64,000 nucleotides of DNA. It comes from an uncultured Pseudomonadota bacterium. Lineage in GTDB: Bacteria; Myxococcota_A; Polyangia; Fen-1088. The notes beneath the pieces were generated by a model. The model saw only the letters and a program-made list of their open reading frames with translations, had not been told where the DNA came from and searched no databases. Of the stretch, positions 48,715 to 58,977 are shown piece by piece. How positions within the stretch are numbered: the first letter of the stretch is position 1; the number at the start of each line of letters is the position of its first letter. A program made the position numbers and the translations under genes. The DNA lies in assembly GCA_963847705.1 (NCBI GenBank), contig CAWKBC010000027.1:544001-608000 (forward strand). Reading direction: 5' to 3'.

Positions 48715-50273
48715 GGCTGACTTGCTCCTGCGAGTTGGTTGCTGGAACGCGGACGAAGTTGGGCGCCTCGCGTGGCTGCCCGCTGGGTGCCGCGCTCGGT
48801 CCAAAGATGGGTGGCGCCGTAAGCCCGCCAGGGGCTCCAGCGCTGGGCGAGGGCGCGGGCCTGGCGCCCGGAGATGCCGCCGAGCGCCTGGCGCAGGACG
48901 AGATCGTCCTCGGGGAAGGCGTCGGGCCAGCCGAGACCACGCATCGCCAGGCAGTGCGCGGTCCAGGGACCCACGCCCGGCAACGCGACCAGCTGCTCGA
49001 CCAGCCGCGCCGGCTCACCCACGGCGTCGAGCGAGAGCTCCCCGCGCGAGACCGCGCGGGCCAGCATGCGCAACGTCGCGGCGCGGCTGCCGGGGACACC
49101 CAGCGCCGCCAGATCGCGCGCGGTCGCGCCCGCGATGGCGTCCGCGTCGGGAAAGAGGTGCGTCAACGTCGGGGAGGGCGTGGCGATCGCCCGGCCCAGC
49201 CGGCTGGTGAGCCGCCCGGCGATGGTCCCCCCGGCCGCGACGCTCACCTGCTGTCCGAGCACCGCCCGTGCGGCCGCCTCGAACGGATCGAAGGCGCCGG
49301 CCACGCGCAGTCCCGGGCGGGCCCGCACGTGCGGGGCCAGCCGCCGATCGCGCGCGAGGTGAGCGGCGATCGCCGCGGGGCGCGCGTCGAGATCGAAGAG
49401 CCGCCGCAGCCGCGCCACCACCGACATGAGCGCTCCGGTGAGTGAGGTCGAGATCGTCGCCCGCAAGGCCGGCCGTTTGGGATCGGGAGCGGGATCGGGC
49501 GCCACCGACAGCCATCCCCGGTGCGCGCCGACGGCGGCGGTCCGCAGGTAGACGCCGTCGCGCACCAGCTCGACGCCCGGGATGGCGTGCGCGGCGAGGT
49601 AGCCCAGGATCGCGGGCCAGTCGTAAGGCGACCGGTAGGGGAGCCGCACGGTCACCGCCTCCTCGGGTGGTTCGCCGGCGCGCGATTCCCGGTCGCCACC
49701 GCTGCGCCGCATGGCAGAGGGCGGGCGGCCGTAGCGGGCCTGCACGGCAGCGTTGAAGCGCCGCACGCTGCGGAACCCGCTGGCGAAGGCGACCTCGGTC
49801 ATCGGCAGCGCGGTGTCGACGATCAGCTGCCGGGCCAGCGCCAGCCGCCGCGACTCGGCCAGGGGCAGGGGCCCCACGCCGATCTCGGCCTGCATGGCCC
49901 GGCGGAGGTGTCGGCCGGAGACGCCCAGCGCGGCGGCCAGCTCCTCCACACTCGTCCCGTCGGAGAGCGCCCCGTCTTCGATCCGGCGCATCGCCGCGAC
50001 GACCAGACGCGACAGCGCGTCGACCGGCGCCGCGCCGGGCGCCAGCTCGGGGCGGCAGCGGAAGCAGGAGCGGAACCCGGCCGTCTCGGCCTCGGCGGCG
50101 GTTCGAAAGAAGAGGCAGCGATCGCGCCCGGGTGTGCGTGCCGGACAAATCGGACGGCAGTAGATCCCGGTGGTCTTGACCGCGACGAAGAAGATCCCGT
50201 CGAAGCGGACGTCGCGGGCGACGATGGCCCGGTAGCAGGAATCGGGATCGAGAGGCGACACGGGTCCAACCAT
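48711..50273 (-). CDS. alkA: Ada-AlkA fusion (Ada Zn domain, AraC HTH, DNA-3-methyladenine glycosylase II)
   Basis: RD.RFDG.FF.AVKTTGIYCRPICPAR...FRSCFRCRPE, FASGF.S.RRFN, GQQVSV, LPGVGPWT, PDAFP..D. Confidence 0.92.
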   Translation of the reverse strand: MVGPVSPLDPDSCYRAIVARDVRFDGIFFVAVKTTGIYCRPICPARTPGRDRCLFFRTAAEAETAGFRSCFRCRPELAPGAAPVDALSRLVVAAMRRIEDGALSDGTSVEELAAALGVSGRHLRRAMQAEIGVGPLPLAESRRLALARQLIVDTALPMTEVAFASGFRSVRRFNAAVQARYGRPPSAMRRSGGDRESRAGEPPEEAVTVRLPYRSPYDWPAILGYLAAHAIPGVELVRDGVYLRTAAVGAHRGWLSVAPDPAPDPKRPALRATISTSLTGALMSVVARLRRLFDLDARPAAIAAHLARDRRLAPHVRARPGLRVAGAFDPFEAAARAVLGQQVSVAAGGTIAGRLTSRLGRAIATPSPTLTHLFPDADAIAGATARDLAALGVPGSRAATLRMLARAVSRGELSLDAVGEPARLVEQLVALPGVGPWTAHCLAMRGLGWPDAFPEDDLVLRQALGGISGRQARALAQRWSPWRAYGATHLWTERGTQRAATRGAQLRPRSSNQLAGASQP

Positions 50274-50462
50274 GCCCCGTTCGGACGAAACGCGCTGGCC
50301 GTTTTCGGACCTGGCGACAACTTCGTCTCGTCCCGCCCGCCCTGATGACCTGGGCCGGGGTTCGTCCTAACCGAGCGGCAATGCGATCGTGGTCGGAGAG
50401 GACGACTGCGGCAAGGTCCCTCTGCACGAACTGAATCGACGCGGTCGGCGACGACGCCCTCC

Positions 50463-51200
50463 TCAGGGCAGCCGGGTGGTCACCAGCGCCAGGGTCTGAT
50501 CGCCGAGCGGCCCCGCACCCTGCTGCTTCACCAGGCCGACACCCTTGGCGTACCAGGAGATGAGCGGTGGGCGGTGCTTCTGCGCGCGCCGGAGCCGCAG
50601 GCAGGTGAAGGTCCCGGCCGGCACCGACACCTGGTCGGTGAGGGACTCAACCTCCCATTTGGCCTCGGCCCGCTTGCTCTTCGGGTGGCCCTTGGCGTTC
50701 GGGGTGGTGTTGATGAACGCCTCCGGCCATTTGACGCCGACGGCGAGCCGTTCGGACCGCTCGTCGACCACGGTGATCGGCGGGTCGTACGACCTCTCGT
50801 CGAGCAGGTTGCCAGCGCGGTCGTCGATCTCCTCCTGCTCGAGCGCCACGCGCTTCGCCTCGCGCCCCTCCCAGCTCCAGATCGTTCCATCGAGGAGCTC
50901 CTCGCGGATCCGGTACTCGGCCACCGCGCCGTTCGACCCGGCGTAGTCGACGCCGTCGACGCTGACGACGCCCTCTCCCCGGCGGCCGTCGTCGCGGGTG
51001 ATCGCGTAGCGCCAGACCGCCCCGACCTCGAGCGGCAGGTAGCTGGCCGCCAGGGCGGCCCCTTCGTGGCCCTGGGCGACGGAGCTGCAGCCAGACGATC
51101 CCAGGATGCCGAGGCCGGCGAGGGCACAAAGCCCGACGACCATCCCGCCCGCCCTTCCACCCGTCGTTCCACCCATTTTGGCCCGAACCACAGACCACAC
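50463..51200 (-). CDS. Hypothetical exported protein or lipoprotein (DUF3108-like beta fold)
   Basis: Hydrophobic segment ending SSGC; YLPLEVGAVWRY, VSVPAGTFTCL, WYAKGVGLVK. Confidence 0.7.
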   Translation of the reverse strand: MWSVVRAKMGGTTGGRAGGMVVGLCALAGLGILGSSGCSSVAQGHEGAALAASYLPLEVGAVWRYAITRDDGRRGEGVVSVDGVDYAGSNGAVAEYRIREELLDGTIWSWEGREAKRVALEQEEIDDRAGNLLDERSYDPPITVVDERSERLAVGVKWPEAFINTTPNAKGHPKSKRAEAKWEVESLTDQVSVPAGTFTCLRLRRAQKHRPPLISWYAKGVGLVKQQGAGPLGDQTLALVTTRLP

Positions 51201-51283
51201 GACTCTTCACAATAGTCACGGATCGGCGGACCGGGAGCGTGCTCGATCGGGGCCGCCGTTGAAGGTCATCCGCAGCGCTGGAC

Positions 51284-52336
51284 GTGGCCCGACTCGATCG
51301 GGTATCAAAGGAGGGCTTGAAGAAAGCACGCGTGCTCGTTCTCTTCGACACGGACGGCGAGCCGCCCGCGTCGCAGGATTACAAAAAGCAGGTCGAGTCG
51401 ACCGACGAGGCGGAGTTCGACGTGGCCCGCGCCCTCATCTCGAAGGGGCACGAGGTCCGGCTGTTCGGTTTTCGCGACAACCTCGATCAGCTGGTGGCCG
51501 GCCTGCGCGCCGAGCCGGTCGACGTCGTCTTCAACCTGGTCGAGCGGTTCCGCGGCCAGTCGGGGCTCGACTACACGGTGGCCGCCGTGCTGGAGATGCT
51601 GGGCCTGCCGTACACCGGGGCGTCGACCGAAGGGCTGATGCTGGCGCGCGACAAGGCGCTCACCAAGAAGGTGTTCGCTTACCAGGGGATCCGGATCCCG
51701 CACTTCATGGTCTGCAAGCAGAGGACGCCGATGCAGCGGCCGAGCGACCTGCGCTTCCCGCTGATCGTCAAGCCGCTGGACGAGGACGCCTCGGTCGGCA
51801 TCGCGCAGGCCTCGGTGGTGCGCGACGACGACGCGCTCAAGGAGCGGGTCAACTTCATTCACAAGCAATTCAAGACCGCCGCCATCGTCGAGGAGTTCAT
51901 TGCCGGCCGCGAGCTCTACATCGGCGTGTGGGGGAACGATTCGCCGGTGGCGTTGCCGCCGATCGAGATGGTCTTCGGCAGCGAGACGACGGCCGAGAAC
52001 CGGATCGCCACCTTCAAGGCCAAGTGGAGCGTTCGCTACCGTGAGGGGCGGGGGATTCAGAACGAGATCGCCCAGAACCTCTCCGCCGAGGTGCGGCAAC
52101 GATTGGCCGAGGTGGCGTTGCGCGCCTACGAGGCCGCCGGGTTGCGTGACTACGGCCGCATCGACGTCCGGCTGGCCCACGACGACGCCATCTACATCGT
52201 CGAGGCGAATCCCAATCCCTACCTGGCCGATGGCGAGGATCTCGCCTGGGCGGCCGAGGAGGGCGGGAACCTCTATCCCGATTTCATCGAAAAGATCGCC
52301 GAGATGGCGATTATCCGCGGCGTCTCGCGCGGTTGA
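51284..52336 (+). CDS. D-alanine-D-alanine ligase-like ATP-grasp protein (non-canonical)
   Basis: DVVFNL.E, PYTGA, DKALTKK, FPLIVKP..EDAS.GI, VEEFI.GRE, RDYGRIDVRL, IVEANPNPYL; lacks the Ddl N-terminal GGxSxE motif. Confidence 0.85.
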   Translation: MARLDRVSKEGLKKARVLVLFDTDGEPPASQDYKKQVESTDEAEFDVARALISKGHEVRLFGFRDNLDQLVAGLRAEPVDVVFNLVERFRGQSGLDYTVAAVLEMLGLPYTGASTEGLMLARDKALTKKVFAYQGIRIPHFMVCKQRTPMQRPSDLRFPLIVKPLDEDASVGIAQASVVRDDDALKERVNFIHKQFKTAAIVEEFIAGRELYIGVWGNDSPVALPPIEMVFGSETTAENRIATFKAKWSVRYREGRGIQNEIAQNLSAEVRQRLAEVALRAYEAAGLRDYGRIDVRLAHDDAIYIVEANPNPYLADGEDLAWAAEEGGNLYPDFIEKIAEMAIIRGVSRG

Positions 52337-52453
52337 TTGCAGAGCGCGATCTTTCGCCGCTGTGTATGATCGGGCGCAGGTCGGCCAGCGCGTGGAACGG
52401 CCGTTCGCTCGTAGCGGGATCCTCGCTCACGGCTTCGCGCAAAAGGGGTTCGC

Positions 52454-54247
52454 TTGCGGGTGCATCAACTCAGCTTCGTTCTCGCCGTTTCGCTCTGCCT
52501 CGGCGCCGGCTGCTCGTCCGGCGGCGGTTCCCCCAGCTGGATCACGCACGACATCCGCGTCGACACCGTGGGCTACACCACCGGGCACACCAAGGTGGCC
52601 ACCGTGGTCCTGCCGGCCGGCATGACGACCGTCTCCGATGACCTGGCGGAGGTCTTCGACCTGAACGGAGATCTCCAGTGGGGCTGCCAGCTGACCGGCC
52701 CCTTCACCGACCCGGCGCTGAACGTGACGTACTACTTCGCCGACTTCTCGGCGTTCGACGATCCTGGAACGTTCTATGTGAAGGTGAAGTCGCTCGCCAC
52801 CGACGCCACCGACGAGACGGCGCAGTCGGCGCCGTTTCAGATCGGGCCCGGCGTCCTGGCCGGCGCGCTCACCAGCGCGATGACCGGGCTCTACGGCCAG
52901 CGCTGCGGCACGGCGGTGAAGATCACCATGGGCGACGACACCTGGCAGCACGGCGCCTGCCACCAGCACGACGCCGATTCGCTCAAGTACCTCTCCGGCA
53001 GCGACGCGCCGTTCCCCAGCGTGGGCGGCTGGCACGACGCGGGCGACTACGGCAAGTACGTGAACAACGGCGCCTTCAGCGTGGGGATGCTGCTGGCGGC
53101 CTGGGAGCATTTCCAGCCGACGCTGGCGGCGCTGGCGCTGCCGATCCCCGAGCACGGCCAGACCGCCGACGGCGGCTCGGGGCCGCTGCCCGACTTCCTC
53201 TGGGAGGTGAAGTGGGAGCTCGACTGGCTGCTCTCCGCGCAGAACGCCAGCGGCGGCAGCGGCGGTCTCCCCGACAAGCTGACGGCGCTCGATTTCGAGG
53301 CCTACGGGACGATGCCCGACGACGACCACCAGAAGCGCTACTTCTCCGGCCTCGGGACGGCGATGACCGCCGACGTGGTGGCGGTGATGGCCAAGGCGGC
53401 GCGCCTCTACCAGGACGACGCGCCCGCGGACGCCGCCAAGTACCTGGCCGCGGCCCAGCTCGGCTACGCGTACCTGAGCGCCAACGCCGGTCCGGCCGTC
53501 GCCGCCAACGACGACCCCACCTCGGCCAGCAATGTCTTCTCGACGGGCCACTACTTCGAGACCGATCCGGACAACCGCCTCTGGGCGGCGGCCGAGCTGT
53601 GGGAGACGACCGGCGATCCGGCGGTGCTGGCCGACTTCGAGGCGCGCGCGGCGGGGCAGACGGTGGCCGCCGACTTCGACTGGTCGAACGTCGCGAACCT
53701 CGGCATCTACACCTATCTGCTGTCTCAGCGGCCGGACGCGGCGTCACGCGACGCGACGCTGGTGGCCACGCTCTCCGCCAGCCTGCTGACCGCGGCCGAT
53801 TCGCTGGTGACGACCGCCGGGACGCACGCCTTCGGCCGGGCGATCGGGGACAACTTCTACTGGGGATCGAACGGCTCGGTGGCGCGCACGGCGATCTTGC
53901 TCTGGGTCGCCAACCTGCTGGCCCCCGATCCGAAGTACCTGAACACCATCCAGATGCAGGTCGACTTCCTGCTGGGGCGGAACTCCTACGATCGCTCTCA
54001 GGTGACGATGGTCGGCTACCACCCGCCCACCGCGCCCCACCACGGGCCCTCGAGCGGCGACGGGATCTCCGACCCCTGGCCCGGCCTCCTGGTGGGCGGC
54101 GCCAACAGCACCTCGAAGAACGTCGCGCCGTCGGACACCAACTGGATCGACGTCGCCGGCGCCTACGAAGTCAACGAGATCGCCATCAACTGGATCACAC
54201 CCTTCGTCTACGCCACCGCCGCGCTCACCCCGCCGCCGGCCATGTAG
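52454..54247 (+). CDS. GH9 glycoside hydrolase lipoprotein with Ig-like N-terminal domain
   Basis: Lipobox GAGC; IRVDTVGY, ADFS....PG.FY, QRCG, GGWHDAGDYGKY, WAAAELW..TGD, WGSN, NEIAINW. Confidence 0.9.
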   Translation: MRVHQLSFVLAVSLCLGAGCSSGGGSPSWITHDIRVDTVGYTTGHTKVATVVLPAGMTTVSDDLAEVFDLNGDLQWGCQLTGPFTDPALNVTYYFADFSAFDDPGTFYVKVKSLATDATDETAQSAPFQIGPGVLAGALTSAMTGLYGQRCGTAVKITMGDDTWQHGACHQHDADSLKYLSGSDAPFPSVGGWHDAGDYGKYVNNGAFSVGMLLAAWEHFQPTLAALALPIPEHGQTADGGSGPLPDFLWEVKWELDWLLSAQNASGGSGGLPDKLTALDFEAYGTMPDDDHQKRYFSGLGTAMTADVVAVMAKAARLYQDDAPADAAKYLAAAQLGYAYLSANAGPAVAANDDPTSASNVFSTGHYFETDPDNRLWAAAELWETTGDPAVLADFEARAAGQTVAADFDWSNVANLGIYTYLLSQRPDAASRDATLVATLSASLLTAADSLVTTAGTHAFGRAIGDNFYWGSNGSVARTAILLWVANLLAPDPKYLNTIQMQVDFLLGRNSYDRSQVTMVGYHPPTAPHHGPSSGDGISDPWPGLLVGGANSTSKNVAPSDTNWIDVAGAYEVNEIAINWITPFVYATAALTPPPAM

Positions 54248-54292
54248 ATTCCGGGAGTGCGGTAGAGTGCGGGCTTACCAACGGAGAACATC

Positions 54293-54805
54293 ATGCATAT
54301 GACGAAATCGTCCATTGTTCGCGCCTGCGGGGCGGTGGCTGCGCTCTTTCTGCTCGGTTGCGGGAGCAGCTCGATCGCCGGCGATCCGGCGGCGGCGTTC
54401 GCGGGCAACTGGACCTTCGGCTCCGGCTCGATCGACGCGACTTGCAACATCAGCATCCCGTCTTTCGCTCTGACGGGCGACACGCTGACCGTCACCAGGG
54501 TCGATCCCACGCACGTGGCCACGAATCTTCAGGGAAACGGCCTCACGTGCGACGTCAACTTCACGGTCACCGGTACGACCGCGACCGCGTCGACCGGACA
54601 GACCTGCACGGTCATGACCACGGTTTCTGGGGCTTCGGTGACCGCACTCATCACAGTCAGCAGCTGGTCGCTGACCGTTTCCGGCGACATGCTCACCAAC
54701 TCGATGTCAGGGACAGCGACCGCGGCAGGTGGGCTGGTCAGTTGCACCTCGGTGACCGCCGACGGGGCGGCGACCCGCGCCTCCGACGCCGGCACCGGCG
54801 GGTAG
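54293..54805 (+). CDS. Hypothetical Thr-rich lipoprotein
   Basis: SD GGAG; lipobox LLGC; FAGNW; beta-rich with four further Cys. Confidence 0.75.
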   Translation: MHMTKSSIVRACGAVAALFLLGCGSSSIAGDPAAAFAGNWTFGSGSIDATCNISIPSFALTGDTLTVTRVDPTHVATNLQGNGLTCDVNFTVTGTTATASTGQTCTVMTTVSGASVTALITVSSWSLTVSGDMLTNSMSGTATAAGGLVSCTSVTADGAATRASDAGTGG

Positions 54806-54882
54806 AGCGCGTGGACGGAGCCGGGCTTTGCCCGGCGGAGTCCTTAGCGGGAGGGCTTGGGAACCCTTTGAGGGTTCCCATT
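54806..54882 (+). repeat. Structured intergenic repeat, copy 2
   Basis: AGCGCGTGGACGGAGCCGGGCTTTGCCCGGCGGAGTCCTTAGCGGGAGGGCTTGGGAACCCTTTGAGGGTTCCCATT; fills nearly the whole gap between convergent genes. Confidence 0.85.
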
Positions 54883-54885
54883 TGG

Positions 54886-55281
54886 CTAGTAGATCTGGAT
54901 CTCGGGGCGCAGCACCGTGCTGAGGAGGGCCGCCCGGCTCTCCTGCGGCAGAGGCGTCAGGTCACGCAGGAGCTCGTCCAGCGCGGTCGTGTCGGTCTCG
55001 TCGAAGAGGACCGCGAACCCCTTGTAGGCGAGCGTGCGGACCACCCGTCCCGAGGCCTGGCAGGTCTTGCCGCCGGTCGCCGAGAGGACGACCGAGATCC
55101 GCTTGTCGATCGCCATCTCGAGGTTCGACTTGAAGAAGCAGCCGCCGCGCGAGATGTCCTGCAGCTCGGCCTCCACCTGGCCGTTCCGCGACTGACCCCC
55201 GAACTGACTGCCAAGGAAGAGCAGGGTCACCGGAAGCCCCAACCCGAGCCGGGGATACTGCCGCTGCTCCGACCGCCCCAT
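54886..55281 (-). CDS. Single-domain PilZ protein (probable c-di-GMP receptor)
   Basis: RQYPR (RxxxR) and DISRGG (DxSxxG), followed by GRVVR and FAVLF. Confidence 0.88.
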   Translation of the reverse strand: MGRSEQRQYPRLGLGLPVTLLFLGSQFGGQSRNGQVEAELQDISRGGCFFKSNLEMAIDKRISVVLSATGGKTCQASGRVVRTLAYKGFAVLFDETDTTALDELLRDLTPLPQESRAALLSTVLRPEIQIY

Positions 55282-55330
55282 CCATGGCAGCATGCCACAA
55301 ACGGGGGGGCGTGGTATCACTCCGCGCGTC

Positions 55331-57520
55331 ATGGCCGCTGCAGTTGAGGGCGTAGCTCGAAGTCGTTCCGGCTTCGTTCCCGTCTCGCCCGATCTGGTCC
55401 CGCGTTCGCTGTTCGCGCGGCGCAAGCACTGGGCCGAGCGGTTCGGCACCGCGCCCGTCCTTCCGACGACGCGCGAGGAGATGGACGCGCTCGGCTGGGA
55501 CAGCTGCGACGTGGTCCTGGTGACCGGCGACGCCTACGTCGATCACCCGAGCTTCGGCATGGCGCTGGTGGGGCGGCTGCTCGAGGCGCACGGGTTCCGG
55601 GTCGGCATCCTGTCGCAGCCTGACTGGCGCAGCGCGGAGCCGTTCGCAGCGCTGGGGCGCCCCACCGTCATGTGGGGCGTCACCGCCGGCAACATGGACT
55701 CGATGGTCAACCGCTACACCGCCGACCGGCGGCTGCGGCACGACGACGCCTACACGCCGGGCGGCGAGGGGGGGCGCCGGCCCGATCGCGCCGTGGTCGT
55801 TTACGCGCAGCGCTGCCGGGAGGCGTTCCCCGACGTCCCCATCGTCCTCGGCGGCATCGAGGCCAGCCTGCGGCGGATCGCGCACTACGATTACTGGTCG
55901 GACAAGGTCCGGCGCTCGGTGCTGCTGGACGCCAAGGCCGACCTCCTGGTCTACGGCAACGGCGAGCGGGCCATCGTGGAGATCGCGCACCGCCTGGCCG
56001 CCGGGGAGGCCGCCGACGAGATCCGCGACCTGCGCGGCACGGCGTTCTCGCGCCCGACCGGCCCGCCCCCCGAGGGCTGGACCGAGATCGACTCGCGCGA
56101 CGTCGACACACCGGGCGCGCCGGCGCCGCGGATCGACCCCTACGCCGACACCACGGCGGGGGCTGCGTGCGAGCCAGCCGCTGCTTCGGTCGAGCCGTCG
56201 GCCGCGACGGCGGCGCCCCCGTTGGTGCCGGCGGCGGCGCTGCTGGGGCGCGCCCGCAAGGCCGATCGCGCCCACACGGTCGTTCGCCTGCCCGACGTCG
56301 ACGCGGTCACGTCCGACCCCATCCTCTACGCGCACGCCTCGCGGCTCCTGCACGTCGAGTCCAACCCGGGGAACGCGCGGGCGCTGGTGCAGCGCCACGG
56401 CGATCGCGACGTCTGGCTGAACCCGCCGCCGCTGCCGCTGTCGACGCCGGAGATGGACCGGCTCTACGAGTTCCCGTACACGCGCCGCCCGCACCCTTCC
56501 TACGGCGACGCCAAGATCCCCGCCTACGACATGATCCGTTTCTCGGTCACCATCATGCGGGGCTGCTTCGGCGGCTGCACCTTCTGCTCCATCACCGAGC
56601 ACGAGGGGCGGGTGATCCAGAACCGCTCGGAGACCTCGGTCCTGCGCGAGATCGGCGCCGTGCGCGACACGGTCCCGGGGTTCACGGGCGTCATCTCAGA
56701 CATCGGCGGTCCGACCGCCAACATGTATCGCCTGGCGTGCAAGAGCCCCGAGATCGAGTCGGCCTGCCGGCTCCCGTCCTGCGTCTATCCGACCATCTGC
56801 CCCAACTTGGGCACCGATCACACGCCGCTCATCAACCTGTACCGGAAGGTGCGCGCCGTGCCGGGGGTGAAGAAGGTGCTGGTGGCCTCCGGCGTCCGCT
56901 ACGACCTGGCGGCGACGTCACCCGAGTACGTCCGGGAGCTGGCCACCCACCACGTGGGCGGCTACCTGAAGATCGCGCCTGAGCACACCGAGGACGGGCC
57001 GCTCTCCAAGATGCTCAAGCCCGGGATCGCCAGCTTCGAGAAGTTCAAGCGTCTGTTTAACGAAGCCTCGGAAAAGGCCGGCAAGAAACAGTATCTGATC
57101 CCGTACTTCATCGCCTCTCACCCGGGGACCACCGACCGGGACATGCTGGCGCTGGCGCTCTGGCTGAAGAAGAACCGCTACCGCGCGGACCAGGTCCAGA
57201 CGTTCCTGCCGTCGCCGATGGCGACCGCGACCACGATGTATCACACGGGGCAGAACCCGCTCTCCAGGCTGCGGCGCCGCGGTGGCGAAACGGTCCCCAT
57301 TCCCAAGGGCATCAAGGTCCGCCGGCTGCACAAGGCGTTCCTGCGCTACCACGATCCCGCTGGGTGGCCGCTGCTCCGTCAGGCATTGCGCCAGATGGGC
57401 CGCGCCGACCTGATCGGCAATGGCCCGCACCAGCTGGTGCCGCTGCGCCAGCCGGTCAAGGGTGAGGCACCCAAGGCCGACCGCAAGGCGCGTCCGTTCC
57501 GGACGCAGCACACGCGCTAG
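55331..57520 (+). CDS. ygiQ: YgiQ/UPF0313 family radical SAM protein
   Basis: [82 protein letters not shown]. Confidence 0.93.
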   Translation: MAAAVEGVARSRSGFVPVSPDLVPRSLFARRKHWAERFGTAPVLPTTREEMDALGWDSCDVVLVTGDAYVDHPSFGMALVGRLLEAHGFRVGILSQPDWRSAEPFAALGRPTVMWGVTAGNMDSMVNRYTADRRLRHDDAYTPGGEGGRRPDRAVVVYAQRCREAFPDVPIVLGGIEASLRRIAHYDYWSDKVRRSVLLDAKADLLVYGNGERAIVEIAHRLAAGEAADEIRDLRGTAFSRPTGPPPEGWTEIDSRDVDTPGAPAPRIDPYADTTAGAACEPAAASVEPSAATAAPPLVPAAALLGRARKADRAHTVVRLPDVDAVTSDPILYAHASRLLHVESNPGNARALVQRHGDRDVWLNPPPLPLSTPEMDRLYEFPYTRRPHPSYGDAKIPAYDMIRFSVTIMRGCFGGCTFCSITEHEGRVIQNRSETSVLREIGAVRDTVPGFTGVISDIGGPTANMYRLACKSPEIESACRLPSCVYPTICPNLGTDHTPLINLYRKVRAVPGVKKVLVASGVRYDLAATSPEYVRELATHHVGGYLKIAPEHTEDGPLSKMLKPGIASFEKFKRLFNEASEKAGKKQYLIPYFIASHPGTTDRDMLALALWLKKNRYRADQVQTFLPSPMATATTMYHTGQNPLSRLRRRGGETVPIPKGIKVRRLHKAFLRYHDPAGWPLLRQALRQMGRADLIGNGPHQLVPLRQPVKGEAPKADRKARPFRTQHTR

Positions 57521-57529
57521 CGGCGGTTC

Positions 57530-57730
57530 TCAGCCCGCGCTCAGGCTGACTTGCCAGCGGGCGATCTCGGGGGCGACGGCGGCGGCCTCTTCGGCGTCCG
57601 CGGCCACCAGCGCCTCGATGCGCGCCAGGATCAGGCGGGCTGCGGCGTCGGCCCCGGCGGGCCGCTCGACGACCAGGCGGCGAAGCTCATGACGAAGGCG
57701 AACCAACTCGCGCGCGGCAGCGTAATCCAT
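57530..57730 (-). CDS. Small hypothetical helical protein (66 aa)
   Basis: SD GAGGAGG and an upstream TTGACG-N16-TACCGT; MDYAAARELVRLRHELRRL...EIARWQVSLSAG. Confidence 0.6.
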   Translation of the reverse strand: MDYAAARELVRLRHELRRLVVERPAGADAAARLILARIEALVAADAEEAAAVAPEIARWQVSLSAG

Positions 57731-57798
57731 CAGCGTGCCCTCCTCGTGTTTCCACGGTAGGGGCCGGCGCGGCGCCGTCAAATTTTCCGATCGATCAA

Positions 57799-57844
57799 CT
57801 CCCGCGACGAGCTCCGCCGGGCGAAGCCCGGCTTCGTTCACGCG
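57799..57844 (-). repeat. Structured intergenic repeat, copy 3 (partial, lacks the second hairpin)
   Basis: Reverse strand reads CGCGTGAACGAAGCCGGGCTTCGCCCGGCGGAGCTCGTCGCGGGAG; overlaps the DUF2332 stop. Confidence 0.75.
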
Positions 57845-58959
57845 ACGAACACGGCCACCGCGTCGGCTTCGGGCGCCAGGAGCTCGGGGTGGTAGCTGCA
57901 GCGGGCGAGGGTGAGGGTCGCCATGCCACCCGCGCGGTCCGCCGGGTCGGCGATGTGGGCATCGAGCGCCATCGGCAGGCCGCCGGGATCCTTCCAGGCG
58001 TCGGGCGCCGCCTCGAGCTCGATCCAGATCCGCCGTGGTCCGCCCGCCGCCTCCGCCTCCACCCAGTCGGTCATCCCCTTGATGTAGCGGGCCTTCGGTT
58101 CATCAGCCAGGTAGTCGCGGACGACGGTCTGGTAGGCGAGCAACACGGTCTCGGGCGCGGCCGCCTGGGCAAGCCGCTCGAGGCGCGCAGGGACGTCCAC
58201 CAGGTCAGCGATCTCCAGCCGCGGTGGCGTCGGCCCTGAGGCTGCAGCGCGGAAGGCCTCCACCGCGGCGCCCAGGCGCTCGAGGCGCGCGTTTTCGCCG
58301 GGCCAGATGCAGGCGCGCAGCCAGTTCATGTCGTCGGCGCGGCCGACGTCGAGCGGCTGAACGTCGAAGCCGTGGCGCGCCACGATGTTCGCCCCTGCCG
58401 CGACGGGAATGGGCGCGCCCGCCGGATCGCGCCAGGGCGCCGGCAGGCCCCCGGCGCAGAGGTTGAGCCCGGCGCTGCACCCCACGTCGAAGAGCGCCAG
58501 CGGACGCTTGCCGTCCGCGCACCCCGCCAGCGCCGCCGGCCAGAGCCAGGCCACGGCGCGCGAGGTCTCGTTGGTTTGAACCCGCCGGGTGGCCAGCTCG
58601 GCGTAGAGGCGCGGCGGCGCGTCGGCCAGCGCCGTCGCCAGCGCCTCCCGCGTGGCCGCCTCCGGACGGACGTCGGTCGCGCCGACCGCCTCGTAGAGCG
58701 GGTGGCGCGGGCCGGCCCGCAGCGCCTCCGCCCGCAGGGCCGCCATCAGCAGCAGCGGCCGATCATAGCCGGCGGAGAGGCGCCGCTCCCGCCAGGCGGC
58801 CTCGACCCGCGCGCGGGCCGCCTCTTCCAGGCTGCCGACGGGCTGGTCGAAGAGCTCCCCGGCGGCGGCCAGCAGGCGATCGTAGACCGGGGAACGGGCG
58901 CCGACGGCCGCCCGCCAGGCGTCCGCATCCTCGTGGAAGGCGTCGAGTCCCCGTCGCAT
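57838..58959 (-). CDS. DUF2332 family protein
   Basis: SPVY..L, PLLLMAAL, VQTNE..R, DVGCSAGLNL, G.D..P.D, WL.ACIWP....R..RL..A. Confidence 0.82.
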   Translation of the reverse strand: MRRGLDAFHEDADAWRAAVGARSPVYDRLLAAAGELFDQPVGSLEEAARARVEAAWRERRLSAGYDRPLLLMAALRAEALRAGPRHPLYEAVGATDVRPEAATREALATALADAPPRLYAELATRRVQTNETSRAVAWLWPAALAGCADGKRPLALFDVGCSAGLNLCAGGLPAPWRDPAGAPIPVAAGANIVARHGFDVQPLDVGRADDMNWLRACIWPGENARLERLGAAVEAFRAAASGPTPPRLEIADLVDVPARLERLAQAAAPETVLLAYQTVVRDYLADEPKARYIKGMTDWVEAEAAGGPRRIWIELEAAPDAWKDPGGLPMALDAHIADPADRAGGMATLTLARCSYHPELLAPEADAVAVFVA

Positions 58960-58977
58960 CGCCGGGGACTATATAGC

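Noticed and set aside
51284-52336. Calling the ATP-grasp protein ddl or a van ligase
   Set aside because: Diagnostic Ddl motifs and dcw or van gene context are missing.
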